Shown in pieces: positions 9,360-17,406 of a stretch of DNA of 44,610 bases. The first letter of the stretch is position 1, and every line of letters starts with the position of its first letter. The stretch spans positions 1 to 44,610 of the forward strand of contig CAWCAG010000004.1 of the NCBI GenBank assembly GCA_963793425.1. Reading direction: 5' to 3'. The translations under genes were made by a program, and so were the position numbers. The notes under the pieces are model-generated. The model was not told the DNA's origin. It searched no databases and saw only the letters and a list, made by a program, of their open reading frames with translations. The stretch is from an uncultured cyanobacterium (GTDB lineage: Bacteria > Cyanobacteriota > Cyanobacteriia > Cyanobacteriales > CAWCAG01).

Positions 9360-9386
9360 AAGCAGCAGACTAGAAATCTGCTGCTT
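9360..9386 (+). terminator. Intrinsic terminator-like hairpin closing the 5235-9343 operon
   Basis: AAGCAGCAGA-CTAGAAA-TCTGCTGCTT 10-bp stem, 16 nt after the stop, followed by GTGTTTG. Confidence 0.7.
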
Positions 9387-9564
9387 GTGTTTGAGGCAGT
9401 AAATATAGATGTTAAACACGATTACCAGATACAAGTTAAAACACCCCAGACTTTCACTCAAATCTGTTTGGTTGTGGAAGCGAAAGCAGCTACCTAAAGA
9501 ACCAGGAATTTATCTATTAATCTCCAAATTCTGCACCGCCTGATGAGTCAATAAAAAAGTAACG

Positions 9565-9984
9565 CTATATAGTCCAATCTTCAATTACCAAGTCTGGTAC
9601 TCTCTCAAAATCACGGCGATTGCGTGTCACCAAAATCCCCTCTACAGCTAGGACAACTGAAGCAATACGTAAGTCTTGACTACCAATACGTATCCTTTGC
9701 TTAATCAATTCTTGGTAGCAGTTGTAAGCAGCTAGATCAAAATCGAGTAATTTGGTTTTGGTGAAATACTCAACAGCACCTGACAATCCTTGGTAAGCCC
9801 AAACTAATTGTTCAGAGTTAGATGTTCTCCTTATAGCATTGAGCCAGCCACGCATTTGTTCTTCTGCTGTAACAATTGTTGTGGCAATTTCTTCTGGTTT
9901 AGTTTCATCAACACGTTTGCTGACTAGGGGGTGTCCCTTAAGAAAAAGTGATATGTGGTCTGTATCGAGTACCCACAAACTCAC
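9565..9984 (-). CDS. vapC: VapC-family PIN-domain toxin
   Basis: WVLDTDHIS...TAEEQMRG...IGSQDLRIAS...LVTRNRRDFERVPDLVIEDW; GTG start overlaps the upstream stop (TAGTG). Confidence 0.9.
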   Translation of the reverse strand: MSLWVLDTDHISLFLKGHPLVSKRVDETKPEEIATTIVTAEEQMRGWLNAIRRTSNSEQLVWAYQGLSGAVEYFTKTKLLDFDLAAYNCYQELIKQRIRIGSQDLRIASVVLAVEGILVTRNRRDFERVPDLVIEDWTI

Positions 9985-10361
9985 TAAACTATTCCTTTAG
10001 CATCAATTGGGGCCTCATCATCTTCTCTTTCTGCATCAATTTCGTAGCGATAAGCTGCTATGTCAGCTAAGACTTCCTCAAACAGAGGATTATTTGCATA
10101 AATACCAGCGAAAGGCAGCCAAGGATGTTCTTGCTTTATAGGTTCAACTTCCAAAGAAATGATCTCTACTTTAGCCAAACGTTCAGTTAAAAGTTGGCGA
10201 ATATTGGTAATCGCTTTTTCTTTGCTAGCTCCCTCAACTTGGCAATCCGGTAGCCCCAAAACTGTAGCACGAAATATATCTTGGTCGAGATTTTCTACTA
10301 AAATGTTGAAGTTTAGTTGAGGTGTAGGATATTTAGCTAGGGTTTCTGAGTTGACATACAT
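9984..10361 (-). CDS. Putative antitoxin with HicB-like N-terminal domain
   Basis: FRATVLGLPDCQVEGASKEKAITNIRQLL resembles the HicB partial RNase H fold. Acidic tail HPWLPFAGIYANNPLFEEVL. Coupled directly upstream of the PIN toxin. Confidence 0.75.
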   Translation of the reverse strand: MYVNSETLAKYPTPQLNFNILVENLDQDIFRATVLGLPDCQVEGASKEKAITNIRQLLTERLAKVEIISLEVEPIKQEHPWLPFAGIYANNPLFEEVLADIAAYRYEIDAEREDDEAPIDAKGIV

Positions 10362-10447
10362 AAATTGCTTATTTAGGGAAATTTGTGGCGTATATATTAG
10401 TTATTGTAGCAAAGTCAAGAAATGCTCTTTTTTCGTGGCAATCTCTC

Positions 10448-11284
10448 TTAATCAAGTAAATATAAACTACTACTATCAGTAGGTCTAGCGTGTAAATACT
10501 TTTCGGTAATCGCCACACTACTATGACCTAAAGTCTTCTGTACCAAATGTATAGGCGCACCATTATCTAAGCTATGGGAAGCATGGGAATGACGCAACCA
10601 GTGGGGAGAAACTGACCCTTCTAAACCAGCTTGAGATGCAGCATCTTTAACAATATGAAAAATCATCGAACGACATAAATGTCCACCTTTTTTAGAAACA
10701 AACACAGGCTCATCTCTACCACCATCACCTCTCAACTGACAAATCTCTTGCCAAACTCTAGGTTTAACTAACACAACTCTAGTTTTATCTCCTTTACCAA
10801 AAACCGTCAGTTGACCTCCTTCTCCACGGGGTTTTAAATCCCGCCATTTTAAGGCACATAATTCTGAAACTCTTAACCCAGCGTAGTAAAGCAAACTTAG
10901 AATGGCACGGTTACGCAAACTAGTAGCCCCAGAAATAATCCCTTGTACCTCTGCTTGGGTAAGAATCTTCTCAGCTAGCTTATTCTTACCTTGAGGAGAC
11001 TTAACCAATATCCCTAAGTTAGCTGGTATCACCCCCAAGTTATGAGCAAAACTAAACAGAGATTTAATCGCCCCCACTGCTACTCGTTGAGAGTTATTGG
11101 TACTAACCAGACTCATCTGCCAAAGTTGCAATTCCATCAAGGTAACTTCAGCCAGGGGTTTATTACCAAGATGAGCAAAAAACCTCAGTGCGTAACGACG
11201 GTAGCCATCAATGGTTTGGGGAGATTTCCCATGTAACCACATCTCGATTAGTTCTGAGTTAGTGACAGTAGAGGTCTTAGCCAT
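10448..11284 (-). CDS. XerC/D-like tyrosine recombinase (probable plasmid multimer resolvase)
   Basis: Catalytic set AGLRVSE, GKGDK, SPHWLRHSHA, LGH, TEKY; N-terminal SAM-like KSPQTIDGYRRY. ATG at 11284 preferred over the TTG at 11362. Confidence 0.92.
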   Translation of the reverse strand: MAKTSTVTNSELIEMWLHGKSPQTIDGYRRYALRFFAHLGNKPLAEVTLMELQLWQMSLVSTNNSQRVAVGAIKSLFSFAHNLGVIPANLGILVKSPQGKNKLAEKILTQAEVQGIISGATSLRNRAILSLLYYAGLRVSELCALKWRDLKPRGEGGQLTVFGKGDKTRVVLVKPRVWQEICQLRGDGGRDEPVFVSKKGGHLCRSMIFHIVKDAASQAGLEGSVSPHWLRHSHASHSLDNGAPIHLVQKTLGHSSVAITEKYLHARPTDSSSLYLLD

Positions 11285-11366
11285 CAATGCAGCACAATGG
11301 TTGAGCCGTTGGCTTTCATTATCTCCTAAAACCTTGACTAGCCATAGATAGAGCAGAAACAAAGAG

Positions 11367-11395
11367 ATTCAACATTGGGTATTCTTATGTTGAAT
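11367..11395. other. dif-like recombination core site
   Basis: ATTCAACATTG-GGTATTC-TTATGTTGAAT (11-7-11, outer 9 bp perfectly inverted). Right arm matches the E. coli dif XerD arm TTATGTTAAAT at 10/11. Sits upstream of the recombinase gene. Confidence 0.65.
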
Positions 11396-11439
11396 TACTC
11401 TCTACATTAACTACCTGAACCCAACTGGGCTTATAAATT

Positions 11440-11469
11440 AATTTGTCCCCTAACGTTAGGGGACAAATT
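11440..11469. promoter_or_regulatory. Perfect 30-bp palindrome; candidate parS centromere or par operator
   Basis: AATTTGTCCCCTAAC|GTTAGGGGACAAATT, about 50 nt upstream of parA. Confidence 0.7.
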
Positions 11470-11518
11470 TAGTTAAAATTTAGCTTAACCAAAAACCTGA
11501 ACTCCACAAACTAAAGTA

Positions 11519-12313
11519 ATGCAGCCGAAAATAGCTATTCTTTCCAATGCTGGAGGAACTGGAAAATCCACCACAGCAGTTCACCTCGCCTATGAATTAG
11601 CCCACGACCACCATAAATCTGTAGCCTTATTTGACCTCGACCCCCAAGGCTCCCTTAACCTCTTTTGTGGTCATCAAGAGCCGCAACCACAACAAACCAT
11701 ATCCCAGGTATTAGAAAATAATGATTTTGCTGGGGACTGGCCTTTAGTAAACTGTTGGCCAGACCATGTAGATGAGGGAGTAGTTTTATGTCAAGGGGGA
11801 GCAAGAATGGAAGAAACCTCCAAACAGCTTGTCCTCCATGAACGGGGTTCCTACTTACTAGCTGATAGATTAGAAGACTATCCCCTCACTGAAGATGTAA
11901 TTATCTTTGACTGTCCTGCCACCTTGGGTTCTATTGCCCTAATTGCCCTCACAGCTTGCAGCCATATTTTAATTAATCTCCAACTAGAAGCTAAATCAAT
12001 TCACGGTTCTGGTAACTTCCTCAACTGGTTTTTCAAAAAAAGGAGTGCCTTGAGACTGAAGCCGCGGCCAGAAATTCTGGGCATCATTCCCTGTCAGTAT
12101 GACAAATCTGCCGCAGAACACCGTGCTAATCTCCAAGCCCTTCCTCAAATGTTGGCAGAATTAGATATTACTTTATTCAATCCCATTCGCCACAGTAGGC
12201 AATTTCCTAAAGCTTCAGCAGAAGGCATTCCGCTACATCTGTTTCGTCCTTCTCACCCAGCAGCAAAGGAGGATTTTCGAGAAATTACTAAAAGTGTCTT
12301 GGCATTAATTTAA
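11519..12313 (+). CDS. parA: ParA family partition ATPase
   Basis: Deviant Walker A SNAGGTGKSTT, DLDPQGSL, IIFDCPATLG. Confidence 0.93.
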   Translation: MQPKIAILSNAGGTGKSTTAVHLAYELAHDHHKSVALFDLDPQGSLNLFCGHQEPQPQQTISQVLENNDFAGDWPLVNCWPDHVDEGVVLCQGGARMEETSKQLVLHERGSYLLADRLEDYPLTEDVIIFDCPATLGSIALIALTACSHILINLQLEAKSIHGSGNFLNWFFKKRSALRLKPRPEILGIIPCQYDKSAAEHRANLQALPQMLAELDITLFNPIRHSRQFPKASAEGIPLHLFRPSHPAAKEDFREITKSVLALI

Positions 12314-12327
12314 AGGGGAGAACGAAA

Positions 12328-13440
12328 GTGGCAAAAAAGGAAAAAAATCTAGGGAAGTTCTTCGTAGGAGCTTTACAAGCCCAACAGGAGGAGGTAGCAA
12401 TAGATAGCTTGAGAGAAGAAATTGAAAGCCTAAAATCCCAAGGACAAACAGCAGAAGCAGAAATTACTCAACTGCGACAACAGCTTAGTCAACAGCAAGG
12501 GGTTATTAAAGTCCCTGTTGAGGAAATCCAAGCTAATAAAGAGCAGCCCCGCCAGAGTTTTAGCCAAGAAAGTATTAGCTCTATGGCTAGAACCCTAGCA
12601 GAAGATGGGCAGCTTCAACCCATAATTTTAATCACCCATAACCAGGGATACTTACTTTTCGATGGGGAGCGCAGGTGGAGGGCTGCCCAGCAGTTAGGTT
12701 GGGAAAGTTTGAGTGCTATTACCATACCAGTTATTTCTCCTGAAGCTTGGCACCGCCAAGCTTTACTGACTTCTCTACATAGGGAAGATTTGAATCCTTT
12801 AGATAAAGCAGAAGCCATCATTAAGGAGATTTGTGTTACTACCCAAATCAAGCAACAAGAGATTCCCAAAATATTAGCTAGTACCCTGAAGCATCTACAA
12901 AGGAAGAAGTTGAGCCAAAAGCTAGGTCAACTTTTAACCTTGAGTTTAGAAGAGCAACAACAGGAGTTGGAACAGTTTGGTTTAGATGAGGAAGCTACAG
13001 AAATTCTAACGGTATTGGTGGATCTGCAATTAAATCCTACTTCAGTGTCTAAAAATATTTTCCCTATGTTAAATCTCTTTGCTGACCTCAAGGGAGCAAT
13101 TAGGGAGGAAGGTTTGTTGGGTTCTGTGGCTCTAATTCTTAATCGGCTCTCACCTCAGAATTTAGATACAACAGCTAGCAGTGCTACCAGGACTCGTAAG
13201 AAAGTAACTAAACAGGTGTTGGAGCAACAGCTTTCTGTGGCTAAAACTAGGGAGTTGGTTAAGGGGTTAATTGCTCAAAAGCAGCCTCTAGGGGAGGTGA
13301 AGGTTAATCTTAGTAAGGTTGTCCAAAGCTTAAACAGTTTAACAGCTAGTACTATTTCTCAAGCTAGTTCTGAGGATTTAGATAAGTTGAGGGAGTTGTT
13401 GAAGCAGAAGTTAGGGGAGGTGGAGAAAGCCCAGGAATAG
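12328..13440 (+). CDS. parB: ParB family partition protein
   Basis: QPRQSF, GQLQPII, DGERRWRAA box, REDLNPLDKAEAI; follows parA. Confidence 0.92.
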   Translation: MAKKEKNLGKFFVGALQAQQEEVAIDSLREEIESLKSQGQTAEAEITQLRQQLSQQQGVIKVPVEEIQANKEQPRQSFSQESISSMARTLAEDGQLQPIILITHNQGYLLFDGERRWRAAQQLGWESLSAITIPVISPEAWHRQALLTSLHREDLNPLDKAEAIIKEICVTTQIKQQEIPKILASTLKHLQRKKLSQKLGQLLTLSLEEQQQELEQFGLDEEATEILTVLVDLQLNPTSVSKNIFPMLNLFADLKGAIREEGLLGSVALILNRLSPQNLDTTASSATRTRKKVTKQVLEQQLSVAKTRELVKGLIAQKQPLGEVKVNLSKVVQSLNSLTASTISQASSEDLDKLRELLKQKLGEVEKAQE

Positions 13441-13600
13441 CTATGGTTATTAGGAATAAGGACAGTTTTAGATTTGGAGTAGAAGGAATAACTAGTGAAT
13501 CACAACCATCAAAGGGAACTAATTACCCCTGGTCTATTTCAAATATCAACTTTCGACCAGTAGTGTTGTCTTTATCTGGGCGCTAATTTAGAATTAAAAA

Positions 13601-13617
13601 TTTCATAGCTGTTTCAT
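13601..13617 (+). promoter_or_regulatory. CopR/NrsR-type direct-repeat box upstream of copAB
   Basis: TTTCAT-AGCTG-TTTCAT, the same form as the Synechocystis CopR site (TTTCAT repeats 5 bp apart). Confidence 0.75.
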
Positions 13618-13687
13618 ATTCTTAAGCAAAGCTATGAATAGCTTTTTGTCCTATCAGCAAACTGCTATTACTCGCTTTTTAAGAACT

Positions 13688-15496
13688 ATGAATCTTAAAC
13701 TAAACCGATCAAGCAGACGCAACTTTCTACGTTTTACTACTGGGGTAGGCTTAGCAGTGGGGCTAGAACAACTAATTCCCAGTTATGCAAAAGCACTTCC
13801 AGGTATTCAGCAGGCTCAAAATGAAGCGCAATATCCAGACATTGTTGACTTGAAGATTCAGGAAACGAGTTTAAAAATTGGTGATCGCTCCACCCAAGCT
13901 TTAACGGTTAATGGCTCAATACCAGGATCTTTACTGCGTTTCAAAGAAGGACAAACCGCCACAATTAGAGTAACCAACCAACTAAAAAAAGATACCTCAA
14001 TTCATTGGCATGGTATTATCCTTCCCCCAGAAATGGATGGTGTTCCTGGTATAAGTTTTGCCGGAATAAGACCAGGACAAACTTTCACTTATAAATTTGA
14101 CCTCAACCAAAGTGGTACATACTGGTATCACAGTCATAGCGGGCTACAAGAACAAAGAGGTCATTTTGGGCCTTTAATTGTCGATCCCCTAAAACCTGAA
14201 CCTTTTGAGTATGACCAAGACTATATTGTCATGCTTTCTGATTGGACATTTGAAGACCCCCATGATGTCCTCAGCAATCTCAAAAAGATGCCCACCTTCT
14301 ACAACTACCAAAGAAGAACTGTTGGTAGCCTAGCTGAAGATTGGGAATGGAAAGGGATGAGAATGGACCCAACCGACATCGCTGATGTTACTGGAGCTAC
14401 TTATACCTATTTAATGAATGGTTTAGCTCCAGATTCCAACTGGACAGGACTTTTTAAACCCGGTAACAAAGTACGACTACGGTTTATTAACGCTGCGGCA
14501 ATGACCTTTTTCGATGTACGTATTCCTGGGTTGAAAATGACCGTTGTTCAGGCAGATGGTCAAAATGTTCAGCCTGTAAGTGTCGATGAATTTCGTATTG
14601 GCGTTGCAGAAACCTATGACGTGATTGTAGAACCTCAAGATGAGCAAGCCTACACTATTTTCGCAGAAACAATGGATCGTAGTGGTTATGCCCGTGGTAC
14701 GTTAGCTATTCGTCAAGGACTCAGCGCCCCCCTACCGGAGCGTCGCCAACGCCCTCTACGTACTATGGCTGATATGGGTATGAACCATGATATGTCAACT
14801 ATGAATGGTGACTCTTCGATGAATCATGATATGTCAACCATGAATGGTGACTCTTCGATGAACCACGATATGTCAACCATGAATGGTAGCTCTTCAATGA
14901 ACCACGATATGTCAACCATGAATGGTAGCTCTTCAATGAACCATGATATGTCAACTCCTATACCGCACGGTGAGGATGATCATGGTTTGGGTAATGCGTC
15001 TGTACCTATGATGGTCAGAAGCCGCCTACATGAACCAGGCATAGGGTTAGAAAATACAGGAACTCGCGTACTAGTCTATACTGACCTCCGCAGCTTATCT
15101 CCAGGCTACGACCAAAGAAAGCCTGAACGAGAACTTGAACTCCATCTTACTGGCAACATGGAACGGTATATGTGGTCTTTTGATGGCAAAAAATATTCCC
15201 AAGAAAAACAAATTACCTTCTATAACGGTGAAAGACTACGCTTGATCATGGTCAATGACACCATGATGGAACACCCTATTCATCTTCATGGGATGTGGAT
15301 GGAACTAGATAATGGTGCAGGGAAGTACAAACCTCGTAAACACACCATCAATGTCAAACCAGCAGAAAGGCTAGCAGTAGAAGTTAACGTCGATGCACCA
15401 GGAGAATGGGCTTTCCATTGCCATTTGATCTACCACATGAAAGTAGGAATGTTTAGGACTGTAGCCGTTGTTGATCGCCCAGCAGGAGTAAGTTAA
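13688..15496 (+). CDS. copA: CopA/PcoA-type copper-resistance multicopper oxidase, Tat-exported
   Basis: Tat motif SRRNFL; Cu motifs IHWHG, WYHSH, HPIHLHG, HCHLIYHM; Met/His-rich insert. ATG 13688 is likelier than 13634. Confidence 0.95.
   Translation: MNLKLNRSSRRNFLRFTTGVGLAVGLEQLIPSYAKALPGIQQAQNEAQYPDIVDLKIQETSLKIGDRSTQALTVNGSIPGSLLRFKEGQTATIRVTNQLKKDTSIHWHGIILPPEMDGVPGISFAGIRPGQTFTYKFDLNQSGTYWYHSHSGLQEQRGHFGPLIVDPLKPEPFEYDQDYIVMLSDWTFEDPHDVLSNLKKMPTFYNYQRRTVGSLAEDWEWKGMRMDPTDIADVTGATYTYLMNGLAPDSNWTGLFKPGNKVRLRFINAAAMTFFDVRIPGLKMTVVQADGQNVQPVSVDEFRIGVAETYDVIVEPQDEQAYTIFAETMDRSGYARGTLAIRQGLSAPLPERRQRPLRTMADMGMNHDMSTMNGDSSMNHDMSTMNGDSSMNHDMSTMNGSSSMNHDMSTMNGSSSMNHDMSTPIPHGEDDHGLGNASVPMMVRSRLHEPGIGLENTGTRVLVYTDLRSLSPGYDQRKPERELELHLTGNMERYMWSFDGKKYSQEKQITFYNGERLRLIMVNDTMMEHPIHLHGMWMELDNGAGKYKPRKHTINVKPAERLAVEVNVDAPGEWAFHCHLIYHMKVGMFRTVAVVDRPAGVS
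14780..14956 (+). repeat. In-frame 39-bp tandem repeat (about 4.5 copies) encoding MNHDMSTMNG(D/S)SS
   Basis: Units start at 14780, 14819, 14858 and 14897, with a partial unit at 14936. Confidence 0.95.
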
Positions 15497-16639
15497 GTGA
15501 TAAATTTAATACAAACCTTAGCTATGGCATCCTTGCTTAGTTTAGCAAGCATATTAACTCAGACCTTAGAAATATCCGCCCAGAATTTACCATCAACAAC
15601 ATCAGAAACTACTGATGAAAAAGAAGCAACCAGCTACTCTAAAAAACAGCTTGTCGAGCAACCTATCAAAATTGTTAACCTGGAACAACCTCCTGTATTT
15701 GATTCCAAATATGAAACTACAGAAGTAGCTGGTGAAGGACTAGACGTAATAGACACTATTGATGCAAAATTTCCAGATAGGGAACTAACTACGGAGAAGC
15801 GATCGCAGCTATCCCAAAATAATAGCGAGACTTCAATAGTTACCGAAGAAGATTTGCTTGAACCCATAGATGAAGCCAAGTTTCTAATAAGGGACGAGCA
15901 TCAAGAAGCTAGGGAATTAATTACGGAGGAGCGATCACAGTTATCCCAAAATAGTAACGAAACTCCAGAAGATTGGCCTGAACCTATTGATGATAATCAA
16001 ATCTTTTGGTTATTACTGCTAGATCAATTAGAGTACCGTGGTAATGATGGTGAAGACTCTTTTAACTGGGATATCCTAAGCTGGGTTGGGGGAGACTATG
16101 AAAGACTCTGGATTAAGAGTGAAGGAGAGGTTGGTTTAGATACTGGAGATGGAGAAGCGGAACTACAACTCCTTTATGGTAGACTGATTAGTCCTTTCTG
16201 GGATTTACAAGCAGGTTTACGGTATGAGCAGTTGTATAGTTCCGAAGGAGGCCCTGGACGGGTTTTTGGAGTGATTGGCATCCAAGGATTGACTCCCTAC
16301 TTTTTTGAAGTTGATGCTGCTCTTTTTGTTAGTCAAGAAGGAGATGTTTCAGCAAGATTGGCTGCCGAATACCAGTTACTTCTTTCTCAAAAACTAATTT
16401 TACAACCTGAATTTGAAACTAATATTGCTCTTCAAACAGTAGAAGAATTTGGTGTAGGCTCTGGTATTAATGATGTGGAATTGGGCTTGCGATTGCGCTA
16501 TGAATTTAACCGCCAGTTTGCTCCCTATGTTGGCGTTAATTGGACAAGGAAGTTGGGCGATACTGCTAATTTTTCTAGGGCAGAAGGGGATAGTGTTGAT
16601 AACTTTGCTGTTGTGGGAGGATTTAGGCTACTGTTTTAA
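15497..16639 (+). CDS. copB: CopB/PcoB outer-membrane copper resistance protein with long acidic N-terminal extension
   Basis: LLDQLEYR, WVGGDYERLWIKSEGE, ISPFWDLQAGLRY, ELGLRLRYEFNRQFAPYVGV, terminal F; abuts copA. Confidence 0.92.
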   Translation: MINLIQTLAMASLLSLASILTQTLEISAQNLPSTTSETTDEKEATSYSKKQLVEQPIKIVNLEQPPVFDSKYETTEVAGEGLDVIDTIDAKFPDRELTTEKRSQLSQNNSETSIVTEEDLLEPIDEAKFLIRDEHQEARELITEERSQLSQNSNETPEDWPEPIDDNQIFWLLLLDQLEYRGNDGEDSFNWDILSWVGGDYERLWIKSEGEVGLDTGDGEAELQLLYGRLISPFWDLQAGLRYEQLYSSEGGPGRVFGVIGIQGLTPYFFEVDAALFVSQEGDVSARLAAEYQLLLSQKLILQPEFETNIALQTVEEFGVGSGINDVELGLRLRYEFNRQFAPYVGVNWTRKLGDTANFSRAEGDSVDNFAVVGGFRLLF

Positions 16640-16683
16640 AATTTTCTTAGTACAAATCAAGCAACCCCTCTTAGTTTGAAAAT

Positions 16684-17040
16684 ATGAAGTTTCCTACTTT
16701 ACTAACTTTGATATTTAGTACGACGCTGCTTTTCTCAGGATCACCAGTATTGGCTCATAGCGAACAATTTCATCAAAAAGCAGGAGAAAAAGAAACAGAA
16801 CCAACTTCTGAAAATATAACCACAGAAGAAAAAAAAGAGATGCAGATGCCAGAAGAAGAGGCTTTAACCCCTCCTGCTACAAAAGAGAAAAAAGTCTCGG
16901 ATACACATACCTCAGTGCAGCAATCTCCACAGAAAACAGCAAATTTTCTGGTTCAACCTGGAGAAGGAGTATTGTTATTACTCTTGTTTAGCCCGCTCTT
17001 ACTCTACACCATGAAAAATCGGCTTTATCGCCGCTCATGA
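16684..17040 (+). CDS. Exported hypothetical protein with signal peptide, His at the mature N-terminus and C-terminal membrane anchor
   Basis: VLA|HSEQFH cleavage pattern; hydrophobic GVLLLLLFSPLLLY followed by a basic tail. Confidence 0.7.
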   Translation: MKFPTLLTLIFSTTLLFSGSPVLAHSEQFHQKAGEKETEPTSENITTEEKKEMQMPEEEALTPPATKEKKVSDTHTSVQQSPQKTANFLVQPGEGVLLLLLFSPLLLYTMKNRLYRRS

Positions 17041-17092
17041 ATCTATCTTTGCTCACCCCTTTGCCTGTTTCTAGAAAGAGCAAGCTTCAATT

Positions 17093-17377
17093 ATGTCCAT
17101 CAACAAAGCTCGTCTGCGCCGACTACACTTTTGGTTTGCACCAATTATGGTGTTTCCTATACTTTTAACTTTAATCACTGGTTCTCTTTTTCAAGTAGCT
17201 GTAATAACCAACAAAGCTAACGATTTCTTGTGGCTTTTAAAGTGGCATCGAGGTGAATTTGGTCGGATTAATTTAGAGATAATTTATCCTTTTTTAAACG
17301 CCTTTGGACTACTACTCTTAGCAATCACGGGTATCATGATGTGGTGGCAAACTCGCCCTCGTAAAGCGAAGAAATAA
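17093..17377 (+). CDS. Small two-TM PepSY-associated-TM-like membrane protein
   Basis: LRRLHFW...LITG and LLKWHRG...LAITGIMMWW paired-His helices. Confidence 0.7.
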   Translation: MSINKARLRRLHFWFAPIMVFPILLTLITGSLFQVAVITNKANDFLWLLKWHRGEFGRINLEIIYPFLNAFGLLLLAITGIMMWWQTRPRKAKK

Positions 17378-17406
17378 ACAATAATTTAATTATTTACTAT
17401 CCCTCA

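Noticed and set aside
10448..11362. Tyrosine recombinase as a prophage or integron integrase, and its 26-aa N-terminal extension
   Set aside because: No phage genes, attC arrays or IntI insertion; the context (parAB, TA, dif-like site) fits a resolvase; the extension starts at a TTG abutting the recombination site.
14780..14956. Regular 39-bp repeats as a CRISPR array
   Set aside because: Units are contiguous with no unique spacers and lie in frame inside copA; no cas genes are present.
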